A stretch of DNA of 64,000 nt from Acidimicrobiales bacterium (GCA_022452035.1 JAKURV010000005.1:19651-83650), one strand, 5' to 3'; counted from the first letter of the stretch, positions 9,477 to 19,085 are shown. Numbers and translations are program-made. The notes: generated from the sequence alone by a model not told the origin.

Positions 9477-9696
9477 GCAACCTCTCCTTGTTGTGTAACA
9501 CACATAGAGACATAGTGGGACACCCCGACACATCCCCTACAACTGCGGCAGTGTATCAGGGTGACCTGTGTAACGAGACGGGCCACAAGGGATCCGGGAG
9601 ACCACTCTTTATCGGTCCCGGCCCGATATCCGGTTACCGTCGAAGGTCGGGCCGCAAGCCGTCGACCCGGTCACGTTGATCACGGGGAGAACCAGG

Positions 9697-10320
9697 GTGG
9701 AAGACCGGCGATTCCTCGACACCTCTTACGACCTGGAGACCGGCCGTCAGACGCTGGACCACTACGAGGAGTGGGCCGAAACCTACGACCAGGAGGTCGG
9801 CGTCGAGAACGCCTACGCCCAACCCACCCGGTGCGCAAAAGCCCTGACCTCCGTAGTGGAACCCGGCGGACGGATCCTGGACGTGGGCTGCGGCACCGGA
9901 CTCTCCGGGCGTGCCCTCGCCGAGGCCGGATTCACCAACCTCGACGGCTGCGACTTCTCACCCCCCATGCTGGAACGGGCCGCAGCGACCGGGGTCTACG
10001 GCCGGCTCTTCGAATCCGACCTGAACGAGGGGCTCGACGTCGCCGACGACACCTACGATCACGCAGCGGCCGTCGGCGTGTTCTCGTTCGGGCACATCCG
10101 ACCCTCCGCCCTCCGTGACGTCCTGCGCGTCGTCCGACCGGGCGGTGCCGTAGTCGTCGGCTTGAACGACCACTTCTGGGACGAGGGCCGTTTCCCCGCC
10201 GAACTGGACGCCATCGAGGCCGACGGTTCGGCCACCGTGGCCTTCCGGGAGCACGGCGACCACCTGCCAGGTGCCGGCATCGAGGGTTGGGTCGTGGTCC
10301 TGATCAAAGAGCAGGGCTGA
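9697..10320 (+). CDS. class I SAM-dependent methyltransferase
   Basis: Motif I ILDVGCGTGLSG. GTG at 9697 is preceded by GGGGAGA. The ORF could also start at TTG 9676. Confidence 0.7.
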   Translation: MEDRRFLDTSYDLETGRQTLDHYEEWAETYDQEVGVENAYAQPTRCAKALTSVVEPGGRILDVGCGTGLSGRALAEAGFTNLDGCDFSPPMLERAAATGVYGRLFESDLNEGLDVADDTYDHAAAVGVFSFGHIRPSALRDVLRVVRPGGAVVVGLNDHFWDEGRFPAELDAIEADGSATVAFREHGDHLPGAGIEGWVVVLIKEQG

Positions 10321-10321
10321 T

Positions 10322-10344
10322 CGCCCGGATACCGACGCCGGGCG
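10322..10344. terminator. GC-rich hairpin between convergent genes (CGCCCGG-N9-CCGGGCG)
   Basis: A 7-bp perfect stem read in the 39-nt gap between the methyltransferase stop and the FDH Fe-S subunit stop. No U-tract. Confidence 0.35.
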
Positions 10345-10359
10345 GATCCGTCCCGGAGG

Positions 10360-11220
10360 TTAGGACTGAGCGTGTTGCCAGCCGAACCGTCCCTTGATGC
10401 ACAGGTGGCCGTGAGTCACCGAGTGGTCGGCCGGTGACGTCACCTTCACAATCCGCTCATCCTGGACGTGCAGTTCCAGGTTGCAGCCCACCCCGCAGAA
10501 CGAACACACCGTGGTGGTGACCTCCTGGTCTTCCTCGTTCCACGTGCCGTCCAGGCGCATGTCGTGCTCGGTCTTGAAAGCCAGCGCCCCCGTTGGACAG
10601 ACCCCGATGCAGTTCCCGCAGTAGACGCAGGCCGAATCGGGAAGGGTCACGTCGTGCTCGGTGGAGATGTGGGCCCCGAAACCCCGACCGGCTGTGGCGA
10701 TGGCGTAGGTGTGCTGGGCGTCGTCGCCACAGGCCTCAACGCACTTGTAGCAGAGGATGCACCGTTCGTAGTCCCGAACGTAGAGGTCGTCTTGGACCTT
10801 CACCGGCTGGGCCACCGTCGCGATCTCGGACCGTTCTCCCATCCGCTCCGGCCGGGCCCCATAGTGCTCCATCCAGGCGTGGACCTCGGGGTCAGCCCGG
10901 TCCATCTCGACCGACGAGGCCAGCAGCTCGTAGACCATCCGCCGACTGGTGTGTACCCGCTCGGAGTCAGTGGACACCACCATCCCGTCTTCCACGGGCC
11001 GGGAACAGGACGGAACCAGAACCCGGGACCCCTCGACCTCGACTACGCAGACCCGGCAAACGTTGACCGGTGTCAAGTTCTCGGCCCAGCACAGCGTTGG
11101 TGTGTCGATGCCCTGGCGGCGACAGGCGTCCAGGATGGTGGACCCCTCCGGAACACGAACTGTCGCCCCGTCGATGGTGGCCTCGACCATGGTGGTCACA
11201 GAAACCGCCGTCTCGTTCAT
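10360..11220 (-). CDS. formate dehydrogenase alpha subunit, N-terminal Fe-S module only (2Fe-2S + two 4Fe-4S + MopB-type 4Fe-4S)
   Basis: NuoG-like CRRQGIDTPTLC...CRVC, then CILCYKCVEAC and CVYCGNCIGVCP, then CSFCGVGCNLE...HLCIKGRFGW. The protein ends where the molybdopterin domain normally continues. Confidence 0.85.
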   Translation of the reverse strand: MNETAVSVTTMVEATIDGATVRVPEGSTILDACRRQGIDTPTLCWAENLTPVNVCRVCVVEVEGSRVLVPSCSRPVEDGMVVSTDSERVHTSRRMVYELLASSVEMDRADPEVHAWMEHYGARPERMGERSEIATVAQPVKVQDDLYVRDYERCILCYKCVEACGDDAQHTYAIATAGRGFGAHISTEHDVTLPDSACVYCGNCIGVCPTGALAFKTEHDMRLDGTWNEEDQEVTTTVCSFCGVGCNLELHVQDERIVKVTSPADHSVTHGHLCIKGRFGWQHAQS

Positions 11221-13040
11221 CGAGATCCTCCGCCGCCGATGTCGACCAGCAGGCCGAGGTCCAGAGCGCTGAGCACAGCACCTGAGGCCGTCTGACCCAA
11301 ACCGCAGATCGAGGCGTCCTTCATGACGGCCGCTAGGTCGTCCAGCAGGTCCCGTTCGTCATCCACCGTGGACCCCCGTCCCAGCCGGACCAGCACCTCC
11401 TCCTGGCGCACCGTCCCCACCCGGCAGGGAACGCACTGGCCACACGACTCGTCACGGAAGAATTCGGCGATGCGCCGTACGGTGTCGACCAGGTCGTCAG
11501 TCTCATCGAACACCATGATCACGCCTGAGCCCAGCGACACGCCTGCGTCCCGGGTGGCCTCCAACGTCAGCGGCAGGTCCAGCGAGTCCGGTCCCACGAA
11601 GCTACCGGCGGCCCCACCCAGCATGACGGTCCGCAGGCTCCGCCCCTCTGGCAGGCCTCCGGCCAGGTCGATCAGGTCCCGCAGGGTGGCCCCAAACTCC
11701 ACCTCGTAGGTGCCGGGGCGGACTACCCGTCCGCTGAGGCAGAACAACTTTGTTCCTGGTGACCGCTCCGTACCCTCGGCGGCGTAGGCCGCTCCGCCGT
11801 CCAAAACAATGGGCAGCACGTTGACCAGTGTTTCCACGTTGTTGATGGCCGTGGGCTCACCGAACAGGCCGTGCGTGGTGGGAAACGGCGGCTTGTTCCG
11901 AGGCTCGCCCCGGAACCCCTCAAGCGAATTAAACAGCGCCGTCTCCTCGCCACAGATGTAGGCACCGGCCCCGCTGCGCAGCGAGATGTCGAAGCGACGT
12001 CCCGAGCCGGAGACGTCGTCGCCCAGGAGCCCTGCAGCCCGGGCCTCGGTGATGGCATGGCCCAGACGGTCGGTGGCCACCGGGTACTCACCCCGGATGT
12101 ACAACCAGCCCTGCTCGGCCCCGACGGCCAGGCCGGCCACCGTCATAGCCTCGATGAGGGAGAACGGGTCACCCTCCATGACAACCCGGTCCTTAAAGGT
12201 TCCGGGCTCAGACTCATCGGCATTGCACACCAGGTGGCGGGGACGCCCCTCCTGGTCGGCCACGCCGCGCCACTTGATGCCGGTCGGGAAGGCAGCACCA
12301 CCCCGACCGGACAACCCGGCCGTGGTCACCTCGGCAATCACCTGGTCCGATCCCATGGTCAACGAGGCCTCCAGGGCCCGGTAGCCGCCGTGGGCCCGGT
12401 AGTCCTCGAGGCTGGTCGGATCGACGACACCGACACGGGCCAGGAGGCGTAGGCCGGGATCCCCAGCCTGGGGGAGGGTGACCGACGGCGTGGAGGCGCC
12501 CGATCCGATGGCTGCCGCGACCTGTGCGACACCAACCGGTCCGCCATCCACCGAAGCGACGGTCACGTCTTCGTTCCCGGTCCGCTGGACCATCACCGCT
12601 GGTCCCCGCTCGCACTGACCTAGGCACGGGCTTGCCTTGACGTGGTGCCCGTCGGCGACCAGGTCGTCGATCAGCTCCAACGCTCCGACGATCCGGCAGG
12701 CCACGTCGTCGCACACGTGCACAGTGTCGACGGCAGCCGGCGGCTCGTGGGTGAACAGGTGGTAGAAGGTGGCCACGCCGTATCCCTCAGCAGGCGGCAC
12801 CTCCAGTTGCGCGCAGGCGTAGTCCAAACCCCCCGGGCTAATCCAACCGACCGACCGCTGGAGAGCGTGGAGGGCCGGAAGCAATAGGTGGCGACGCTCC
12901 CGAGTGCGTTCGTGGCCTCCATAAACCAACCGTTCGGACTCCCAGAGGACCACCGGACCAAGGCTGGCAATCGCCGCGTCGACCCCTGCCCTCTCGGCGT
13001 CAGTCGCCTCCTCTGTCGCCCCAAAGTGGAGGTCAGGCAC
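11217..13040 (-). CDS. NAD-reducing formate dehydrogenase diaphorase subunit (NuoE-like 2Fe-2S domain fused to NuoF-like FMN/NADH/4Fe-4S domain)
   Basis: N-terminal VCDDVACRIVG...SPCLGQCERGPAVMV (NuoE type). Then GAGAYICGEETALFNSLEG (FMN site) and ESCGQCVPCRVG (N3 cluster). Confidence 0.85.
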   Translation of the reverse strand: MPDLHFGATEEATDAERAGVDAAIASLGPVVLWESERLVYGGHERTRERRHLLLPALHALQRSVGWISPGGLDYACAQLEVPPAEGYGVATFYHLFTHEPPAAVDTVHVCDDVACRIVGALELIDDLVADGHHVKASPCLGQCERGPAVMVQRTGNEDVTVASVDGGPVGVAQVAAAIGSGASTPSVTLPQAGDPGLRLLARVGVVDPTSLEDYRAHGGYRALEASLTMGSDQVIAEVTTAGLSGRGGAAFPTGIKWRGVADQEGRPRHLVCNADESEPGTFKDRVVMEGDPFSLIEAMTVAGLAVGAEQGWLYIRGEYPVATDRLGHAITEARAAGLLGDDVSGSGRRFDISLRSGAGAYICGEETALFNSLEGFRGEPRNKPPFPTTHGLFGEPTAINNVETLVNVLPIVLDGGAAYAAEGTERSPGTKLFCLSGRVVRPGTYEVEFGATLRDLIDLAGGLPEGRSLRTVMLGGAAGSFVGPDSLDLPLTLEATRDAGVSLGSGVIMVFDETDDLVDTVRRIAEFFRDESCGQCVPCRVGTVRQEEVLVRLGRGSTVDDERDLLDDLAAVMKDASICGLGQTASGAVLSALDLGLLVDIGGGGSR

Positions 13041-14937
13041 CGGTGGCTACCCCGACGAGCTTGTCGACCCGCACGGCCGCCGCCTTGAACTCGGCCGTGC
13101 CCGACTTCGGGTCAACCGCGTCGCTGGTGATCTGGTTGATGTCGGTCGTCTCCGGGAAGTGGAAGGTGGTGTGGCACAGGCCTACGGCAAGGTCCCGGTC
13201 GATGCCGATGGTCATCTCGATGGCGCCCCGGCGGGACGACACGTTCACCCGCTCCCCCTCGACCACCCCCAGATCGGCGGCGTCGGCCGGCGAGATCTCG
13301 AGCGCCTCCCCCGTGCGAATGGGCGAGGAGTACTTGTCGGTCTGCACGCCCGTGTTGTACGAGTCCAGGGCGCGCACGGTGGTTAGACGCAACGGGAACT
13401 CATCGGAAAGCTCGTCCAGCGGACGGCGATCCTCGACACACGAAAACGGCGCCAGTCGTCCACCGGCCGGCCGCTCCCAGAGGCGGCCGTGTAGGAATGG
13501 ACTCCCGGGATGGCCTTCGGTCGGGCACGGCCACTGGATGCCACCCTCCGCCTCGAGGCGCTCCCAGGACATGCCGGCGTGCATGGGTGAAACGGTCCGG
13601 AGTTCCTCCCAAAGTTCCTCGGCCGTGGGGTTCCCCCAGCCTCCGTCACCCATCTGAGCCGCCAGGTCGTTGATGATCCCGATCTCCTGGCGAGCTTCAC
13701 CGGGTGGCGGTATGGCGGCCCGCATCCGCTGGACACGACGCTCGCTGTTGGTGACCGTACCGTCCGACTCCGCCCATCCCAGGGCCGCCGGCAGGACAAC
13801 GTCGGCCATCTGGGCCGTACGCGTCAGGAACACGTCCTGCACGACCAGCACATCGAGTCGCTCAAGCATGGCCCTGGCGTGCTTGACGTCGGCCTCCGAG
13901 TCGGCCGGGTTCTCGCCGATGCAGTAGACGGCCTTGAGCTCATCTCGCTCCATGGCCTCGAACATCTCGGTGAGGTTCCAGCCGTTGGTAGCGGGAATCT
14001 CACAGTCCCAGGCCCCTTCGAACTTGGCCCGCACCTCGTCATCTTCCACGTCCTGGAAGCCGGTGAGCTTGTTGGGCAGCGCACCCATGTCACCACCGCC
14101 CTGCACGTTGTTCTGCCCGCGAAGGGGCACCAGACCTGAACCCCTCCGGCCCACGTGCCCGGTGAGCAGGGCAAGGTTGCAGAGGGCCTGAACGTTGTCC
14201 ACCCCGGTGTGGTGCTCGGTGATTCCCAGGGTCCAACAGATCTGGGCCGTCGGGGCCGAGGCGTATCCGTGGGCCAGGTCCCGGATGGCCTCGGTAGGCA
14301 CGCCGGTAACCTCCGCAGTCCGCTTCAGGGTCCACGACTCCACGAAGGCCACGAACTCCTCGTAGCCGGTGGTGGCGTGCCGGATGAACTCGTCGTCGGT
14401 GAGGCCAGCGTGGATGATCTCGCGTGCCACCCCGTGGGCCAGGGCGATGTCGGTCCCGACGTCGAGGCCTAGCCAGGAGTCGGTGAACTTGGCCGTACCG
14501 GTCCGCCGGGGGTCGACGGTCCACGACCGGGCACCGTTGTCGATGCCCTTTAGGACGTGGTGGAAGAAAATGGGGTGCGCGTTGCGCGCGTTGGTCCCCC
14601 ACATGACGATGGCGTCGGTCGTCTCGATCTCCTCGTATGACGAGGTACCTCCGCCTGCTCCGAAGACCGTCGCCAGACCGACGACGCTAGGAGCGTGTCA
14701 AGTTCGATTGCAGCTGTCGATGTTGTTCGAGCCGATGACCCGTCGGGCGAACCGCTGGGCGGCGTAGTTCACCTCGTTGGTGGTCTTCGAGCAGCTGAAC
14801 ATGCCGAAGGCCGAGGGACCGTGGGTGTCGACCACGGAGCCGAACCCGGAGGCGGCCCGCTCGAGGGCCTCCTCCCAGGTCGCCTCGCGCAGCACCCCGT
14901 CCTCGCGGACCATCGGTGTAGTCAGACGCTGGCTCAT
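13033..14937 (-). CDS. fdhA: formate dehydrogenase alpha subunit, molybdopterin catalytic module; selenocysteine encoded by in-frame TGA at 14698-14700
   Basis: Two same-frame track ORFs (14698..14937 and 13033..14604) join through one TGA. The read-through is NNIDSCNRT-U-HAPSVVGLATVFGAGGGTSS, collinear with the FdhF Sec site (CARV-U-HGPSVAGL). ATG 14937 is preceded by GGGGGA. Confidence 0.8.
14657..14694 (-). promoter_or_regulatory. candidate bacterial SECIS element
   Basis: The mRNA just 3' of the UGA can form a lower helix GCUCC/GGAGC and an upper helix CGUCGUC/GGCGACG (one G.U), capped by a GGUCU loop. The upper helix starts 12 nt after the UGA. Confidence 0.6.
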
Positions 14938-14980
14938 GTGTCCCCCATCATTGGAGTCCGGCCGGAATCCCTCAGTCGGC

Positions 14981-15015
14981 CTCGACGACGGCCCTGGTCG
15001 GGAACCGTCGTCGAG
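14981..15015 (-). terminator. strong hairpin (11-bp perfect stem CTCGACGACGG-N13-CCGTCGTCGAG) between the enoyl-CoA hydratase stop and the FDH start
   Basis: Read directly in the 127-nt gap. No U-tract. It could be a terminator, attenuator or mRNA-processing site. Confidence 0.4.
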
Positions 15016-15064
15016 ATCGAAACCTAGCGCGGTTTACCGGGGCTCAGGCTTTCCCTCCAGTGGA

Positions 15065-15853
15065 TCAGGAGCCCTGCCAGTGGGGGTCCCGCTTCTCGAC
15101 GAAAGCTTGCAGTCCCTCCTCCGCATCCTCCGAAGCCAGCATGCGTTCGTAGGCCTCCAGATCGCCCGACCGGAGGTGGGCAAACGCCTCTTCCAGGGAG
15201 AGGTGGCGGGTGGCCCGGTCGATGGCCAACACCGCCTCCACGGCCAGCGGGGCGGAAGCAGAAATCCGACCGGCTAACTCGAGAGCCGCCGAGCGGAGGT
15301 CGGCCACCGGCACCACCCGATTGACGAGGCCCCACCGTTCGGCCTCCCGGGCATCCAGGCGTCGCCCGCCTATGAGCACCTCGGTGGCCACCGCTGGCGG
15401 CAAAATACGGGGCAGCCGGACCGCTCCCGTGTCGGGGATGATTCCCAAGCCGGCTTCGGGAAGAAAAAACTCGGCGTGCTCGGCGGCCACCACGAACTCG
15501 GCGGCCAGGGCGATCTCGAAGCCGCCACCTACGGCTAGGCCGTTCACTGCACACACCACCGGTTTGTTCCTTCGGGGTAACTCGCCAAAGCCGCCGAAGC
15601 CGCCTTCGCCGTAGTCGGCCTCGAACTCCTCGCCGTCCGCCGCCGCGCCGAGGTCCCAACCAGCCGAGAAGAACCGGTCACCGGCCCCCGTGAACACGGC
15701 GACCCTCAGCGACGGGTCATCCCTGAACCCGGCGAACACTTGTCCCAGCTCCCGGCTCGTGGCGGCGTCGATGGCGTTGGCCTTCGGACGGTCTAGGACC
15801 ACCTCCAGTACCCCGCCGTTTACCGTGGTCCGGACCGCCGCCCCGTCGCTCAT
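15065..15853 (-). CDS. enoyl-CoA hydratase (CaiD/BcoD-like; candidate crotonobetainyl-CoA hydratase)
   Basis: VVLDRPKANAID...VFTGAGDRFFSAGWDL...VNGLAVGGGFEIALA. The specific role is inferred from context with carnitine genes. Confidence 0.75.
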   Translation of the reverse strand: MSDGAAVRTTVNGGVLEVVLDRPKANAIDAATSRELGQVFAGFRDDPSLRVAVFTGAGDRFFSAGWDLGAAADGEEFEADYGEGGFGGFGELPRRNKPVVCAVNGLAVGGGFEIALAAEFVVAAEHAEFFLPEAGLGIIPDTGAVRLPRILPPAVATEVLIGGRRLDAREAERWGLVNRVVPVADLRSAALELAGRISASAPLAVEAVLAIDRATRHLSLEEAFAHLRSGDLEAYERMLASEDAEEGLQAFVEKRDPHWQGS

Positions 15854-17904
15854 CGTTGCCCCTCCGGGTCCTCGCGTTCGACCAGCACGTCAACCACCGT
15901 GGCACCCTCCGCTCCGGCAATCAACGGGTTGCACTCCACCTCAACCAGGCCGTCTGGCGCCACGGCCATCTGAGCTACTCCGAGGACGGCATCCACAACG
16001 GCCTCCACGTCGGCTCCGGGACGTCCCCGATAGCCGGCCAGCAGTGGCCAGACCGACAGGCCCTGAAGGGCGGAACGTACGTCCTCCGCGGTGACTGGAA
16101 GCAGCAGGCTGCGGGTGTCCTCCAGGATCTCCACCAGGGTTCCGCCTGCGCCGACGGTGAGCAGCCAGCCCACCGGATCCTCCCGGCGTACCGAGACCAG
16201 CAGTTCGACGACCGCGTCGCCGACCTGGCGCTCGACGATCACCGTCTCGGCGGCCGACGCCCCGGCGATCCGACGGGCCACCTCGTCGACCGCACCGGCG
16301 TCATTGAGGTCCAGCGCCACCGCGTCGGCTTCCGTCTTGTGAGCCAGTCCGGCGGCCTTGACCACCACTGGGTACCCCAGTCGGTCGGCCGCCTCGCCAG
16401 CCCCGTCGACCGACACCACCTCCCACCGGGGTACCGGAACCCCAGCATCCTCTAGCAGTCTCCTGGCCTCGTCTCCCATCATGCGACGCGTCGGTCCCGG
16501 CGGGCGCCCTGGTGGTAGGAGCGGCGGATGGTCAGGCCGGGCGCCCCACTGGGCGGCCGCCTCCAGGACCACGAGCGCCGCCTCAATACCCCGCACGGCT
16601 ACCAGCCCGGCGTCGGTCGCCGCTTCCTCGACGACCACCGGCAGGTTCTCGGCCAGGGAGGCAGCTACCACGCCTGGTGTCCTGGTCGATACGCAGGCCT
16701 CGGCGAACGCGTCCAGGGTCGGCCACCAGGTGGCGTCGTCCAGTCCGGCGCCGGGGAAGTCCAAGATGAGGAGGGCTGCGTCGACCGGCCCGTCCAGCGC
16801 TGAGGTAAAGGTGCCGGTCAGGCGGTCCCGGTCTCCCCAGATGAAGGTGTGGTAGTCGAAAGGATTGGACACCGACACCAGGTCCGTTGCCTCGCCTTCG
16901 CCCAGGGCGGCGCGGATCCTCTCGGCCTGGGCGTCGGTGAAGGGGGGAAGGTTCAGGTCGAGGCCGGCACAGCTATCGGCGACAATCGACGCCTCGCCGC
17001 CCGAACAGCTGAGGCTGACGATCCGGTTCCCCGGCAGTCCCCCGACGCGGTCCAGGACCAGGAGGGTGTCGAGTAGCTCTGCAAGGGACCGGACGCGGCG
17101 GACGCCCAGGCGGTCGAAGAGGGCCCCGTAAGCGGCGTCAGCTCCGACCAGCGACGAGGTGTGGGAGGCGGCGATCTCGGCGGCCCGGGGTGAGGAGCCG
17201 GTCTTGAGGGCGACGATTGGGACGCCCGCAGCCGACGCTCGGCGGCAGGCCTCCTCAAAGCGGGCCACGTCGTGCAAGGCCTCCACGTGGAGGCCCACGG
17301 CTGAAACCGCTGGGTCGCCCAGCAGGTCCTCCAGGCACTCTTCGATTCCCACGTCGGCCTGGTTTCCCAGGGTCAGGAGGTGGCTGATGGACAGGGGCCG
17401 AGTCTGCAATGTGAGGTTGAGGCCGATGTTCCCGCTCTGTGTGACTATGGCAACGCCCCGTTCCACTCGGGAGAGGCCCTGCTGGTCTGGCCACAGGGCG
17501 GCACCCACCGTGGCCGACACCGTGCCGTAGCAGTTAGGACCAACCACCGGCATACCGTCCGCTGCGGCCAGCAGATCCTGCTGTAACGCCCGGCCGTCGT
17601 CCCCTGCCTCGGCGAACCCCGACGCGTAGCAGACAGCGGCACCTGCTCCCATGGCTGCCAACCGTCCCACCACGTCGACGGTGGCATAGCGATTGACGGC
17701 CACCAGGGCGGCGTCGGGAACACCGGGAAGATCGTCCAAGGTCGGCAGGCACGGAATTCCGTCCAGCAAGGCCCGGGTCGGGTGCACCGGCCACAGGTCG
17801 CCGTCGAAGCCCAGACGACGGCACTGTTCGAGGGCCAGTTCGGCCGGTCGACCGCCCACCACGGCCAGAGACCGTGGGGACAGGAGGCGGCCCAGGCGTC
17901 CCAT
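15850..17904 (-). CDS. acyl-CoA synthetase (NDP/ADP-forming; CoA-binding + succinyl-CoA-synthetase-like + ATP-grasp domains)
   Basis: 684 aa. The N-terminal LLSPRSLAVVGG...VAVN CoA-binding fold and the C-terminal GYPVVVKAAGLAHKTEADAV ATP-grasp region match this family. Confidence 0.75.
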   Translation of the reverse strand: MGRLGRLLSPRSLAVVGGRPAELALEQCRRLGFDGDLWPVHPTRALLDGIPCLPTLDDLPGVPDAALVAVNRYATVDVVGRLAAMGAGAAVCYASGFAEAGDDGRALQQDLLAAADGMPVVGPNCYGTVSATVGAALWPDQQGLSRVERGVAIVTQSGNIGLNLTLQTRPLSISHLLTLGNQADVGIEECLEDLLGDPAVSAVGLHVEALHDVARFEEACRRASAAGVPIVALKTGSSPRAAEIAASHTSSLVGADAAYGALFDRLGVRRVRSLAELLDTLLVLDRVGGLPGNRIVSLSCSGGEASIVADSCAGLDLNLPPFTDAQAERIRAALGEGEATDLVSVSNPFDYHTFIWGDRDRLTGTFTSALDGPVDAALLILDFPGAGLDDATWWPTLDAFAEACVSTRTPGVVAASLAENLPVVVEEAATDAGLVAVRGIEAALVVLEAAAQWGARPDHPPLLPPGRPPGPTRRMMGDEARRLLEDAGVPVPRWEVVSVDGAGEAADRLGYPVVVKAAGLAHKTEADAVALDLNDAGAVDEVARRIAGASAAETVIVERQVGDAVVELLVSVRREDPVGWLLTVGAGGTLVEILEDTRSLLLPVTAEDVRSALQGLSVWPLLAGYRGRPGADVEAVVDAVLGVAQMAVAPDGLVEVECNPLIAGAEGATVVDVLVEREDPEGQR

Positions 17905-17924
17905 GGCTGGCCCTCCCCGTCCGG

Positions 17925-19085
17925 TCAGCCGCCCAGCGGGCGGAGCATCTCACGGCTCACGATGTGCCGCTGGATCTCACTGGTGCCGTCCCAGATCCGG
18001 TCCACCCGGGCATCGCGCCAGATCCGCTCCAGGGGAAGCTCGTCCATCAGGCCCATACCGCCCAGGATCTGGATGGCCTCGTCGGACACGAACTGGATCA
18101 TCTCGGTGGACGAGAGCTTGGCCATCGCTGCGTCGCCGTCCGACATGACACCGCGGTCCATGAGCCAGGCCGCCCGGTAGGTCATCAGCTCGGCCTCCAC
18201 CATGCGGGTCCGCATGTCGGCCAGCTTGAACGAGACCCCCTGAAACTTGCCGATCTTCTGGCCGAACTGTTCCCGTGAAGCCGCCCATTCCAGGGCCACG
18301 GACAGGGCCCGGTCGGCCCGACCCAGGCAGACGGCGGCCACCTGGAGCCGGGTGGCCCCCAGCCACTCGTTGGCCACCTCGAAGCCCCGGTGCTCCTCCC
18401 CGAGGACCTTGGAAGCCGGCACCCGACAGTCGTCAAAGTTCAGGATCAGGTTGTGGTAGCCGCGGTTGGAGACCGAGTTGTAGCCCGGCGCCACCTCCAG
18501 GCCCGGGGTGTCGTGGTCGACCAGGAACGAGGTGATGAGCTTTTTGGGGCCCCGAGGGGTGTCCTCTTCCCCGGTGGCCGCGAACAGGATCGTGTAGTCG
18601 GCTAGGTCGGCGTGGCTGATGAAGTGCTTGGTGCCGTTGACGACGTAGTCGTCGCCATCCCGGACGGCCCTGCAGGACATGCCCCGGACGTCCGAACCGG
18701 CTCCCGGCTCACTCATGGCCAGACAGTCCACCCGCTCGCCCCGGATGGTTGGTAGTAGGTATTCCTCGACTTGGTCCCCAGTGCAGGCCAGGAGGATGTT
18801 GGAAGGACGGGCCACCACGTAGTGCAGGGCGTACTGAGTCCAGCCGAACGCCCGGTCCACCAGAGCCATGGTCAGGTTGTCAAGCCCCCCGCCACCAAAC
18901 TCGGCCGGCATGTTGGCTGCGTAGATCCCCGCCTCCAGGGAGCGGTCTCGGATCCGGGCCACCAGGTCGGGCGACACGTCGCCTTGTCGCTCCACCTCCT
19001 CCTCATGGGGAACTAACTCGCGTTCGACGAAGGTCCGGACGGTGTCCACCACCATCTCCTGCTCGTTGGTCAGGGCGAAGTCCAT
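17925..19085 (-). CDS. acyl-CoA dehydrogenase (CaiA/BcoC-like by context)
   Basis: 386 aa ACAD (MSEPGAGSDVRG, VNGTKHFIS, RIWDGTSEIQRHIV). Confidence 0.8.
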   Translation of the reverse strand: MDFALTNEQEMVVDTVRTFVERELVPHEEEVERQGDVSPDLVARIRDRSLEAGIYAANMPAEFGGGGLDNLTMALVDRAFGWTQYALHYVVARPSNILLACTGDQVEEYLLPTIRGERVDCLAMSEPGAGSDVRGMSCRAVRDGDDYVVNGTKHFISHADLADYTILFAATGEEDTPRGPKKLITSFLVDHDTPGLEVAPGYNSVSNRGYHNLILNFDDCRVPASKVLGEEHRGFEVANEWLGATRLQVAAVCLGRADRALSVALEWAASREQFGQKIGKFQGVSFKLADMRTRMVEAELMTYRAAWLMDRGVMSDGDAAMAKLSSTEMIQFVSDEAIQILGGMGLMDELPLERIWRDARVDRIWDGTSEIQRHIVSREMLRPLGG

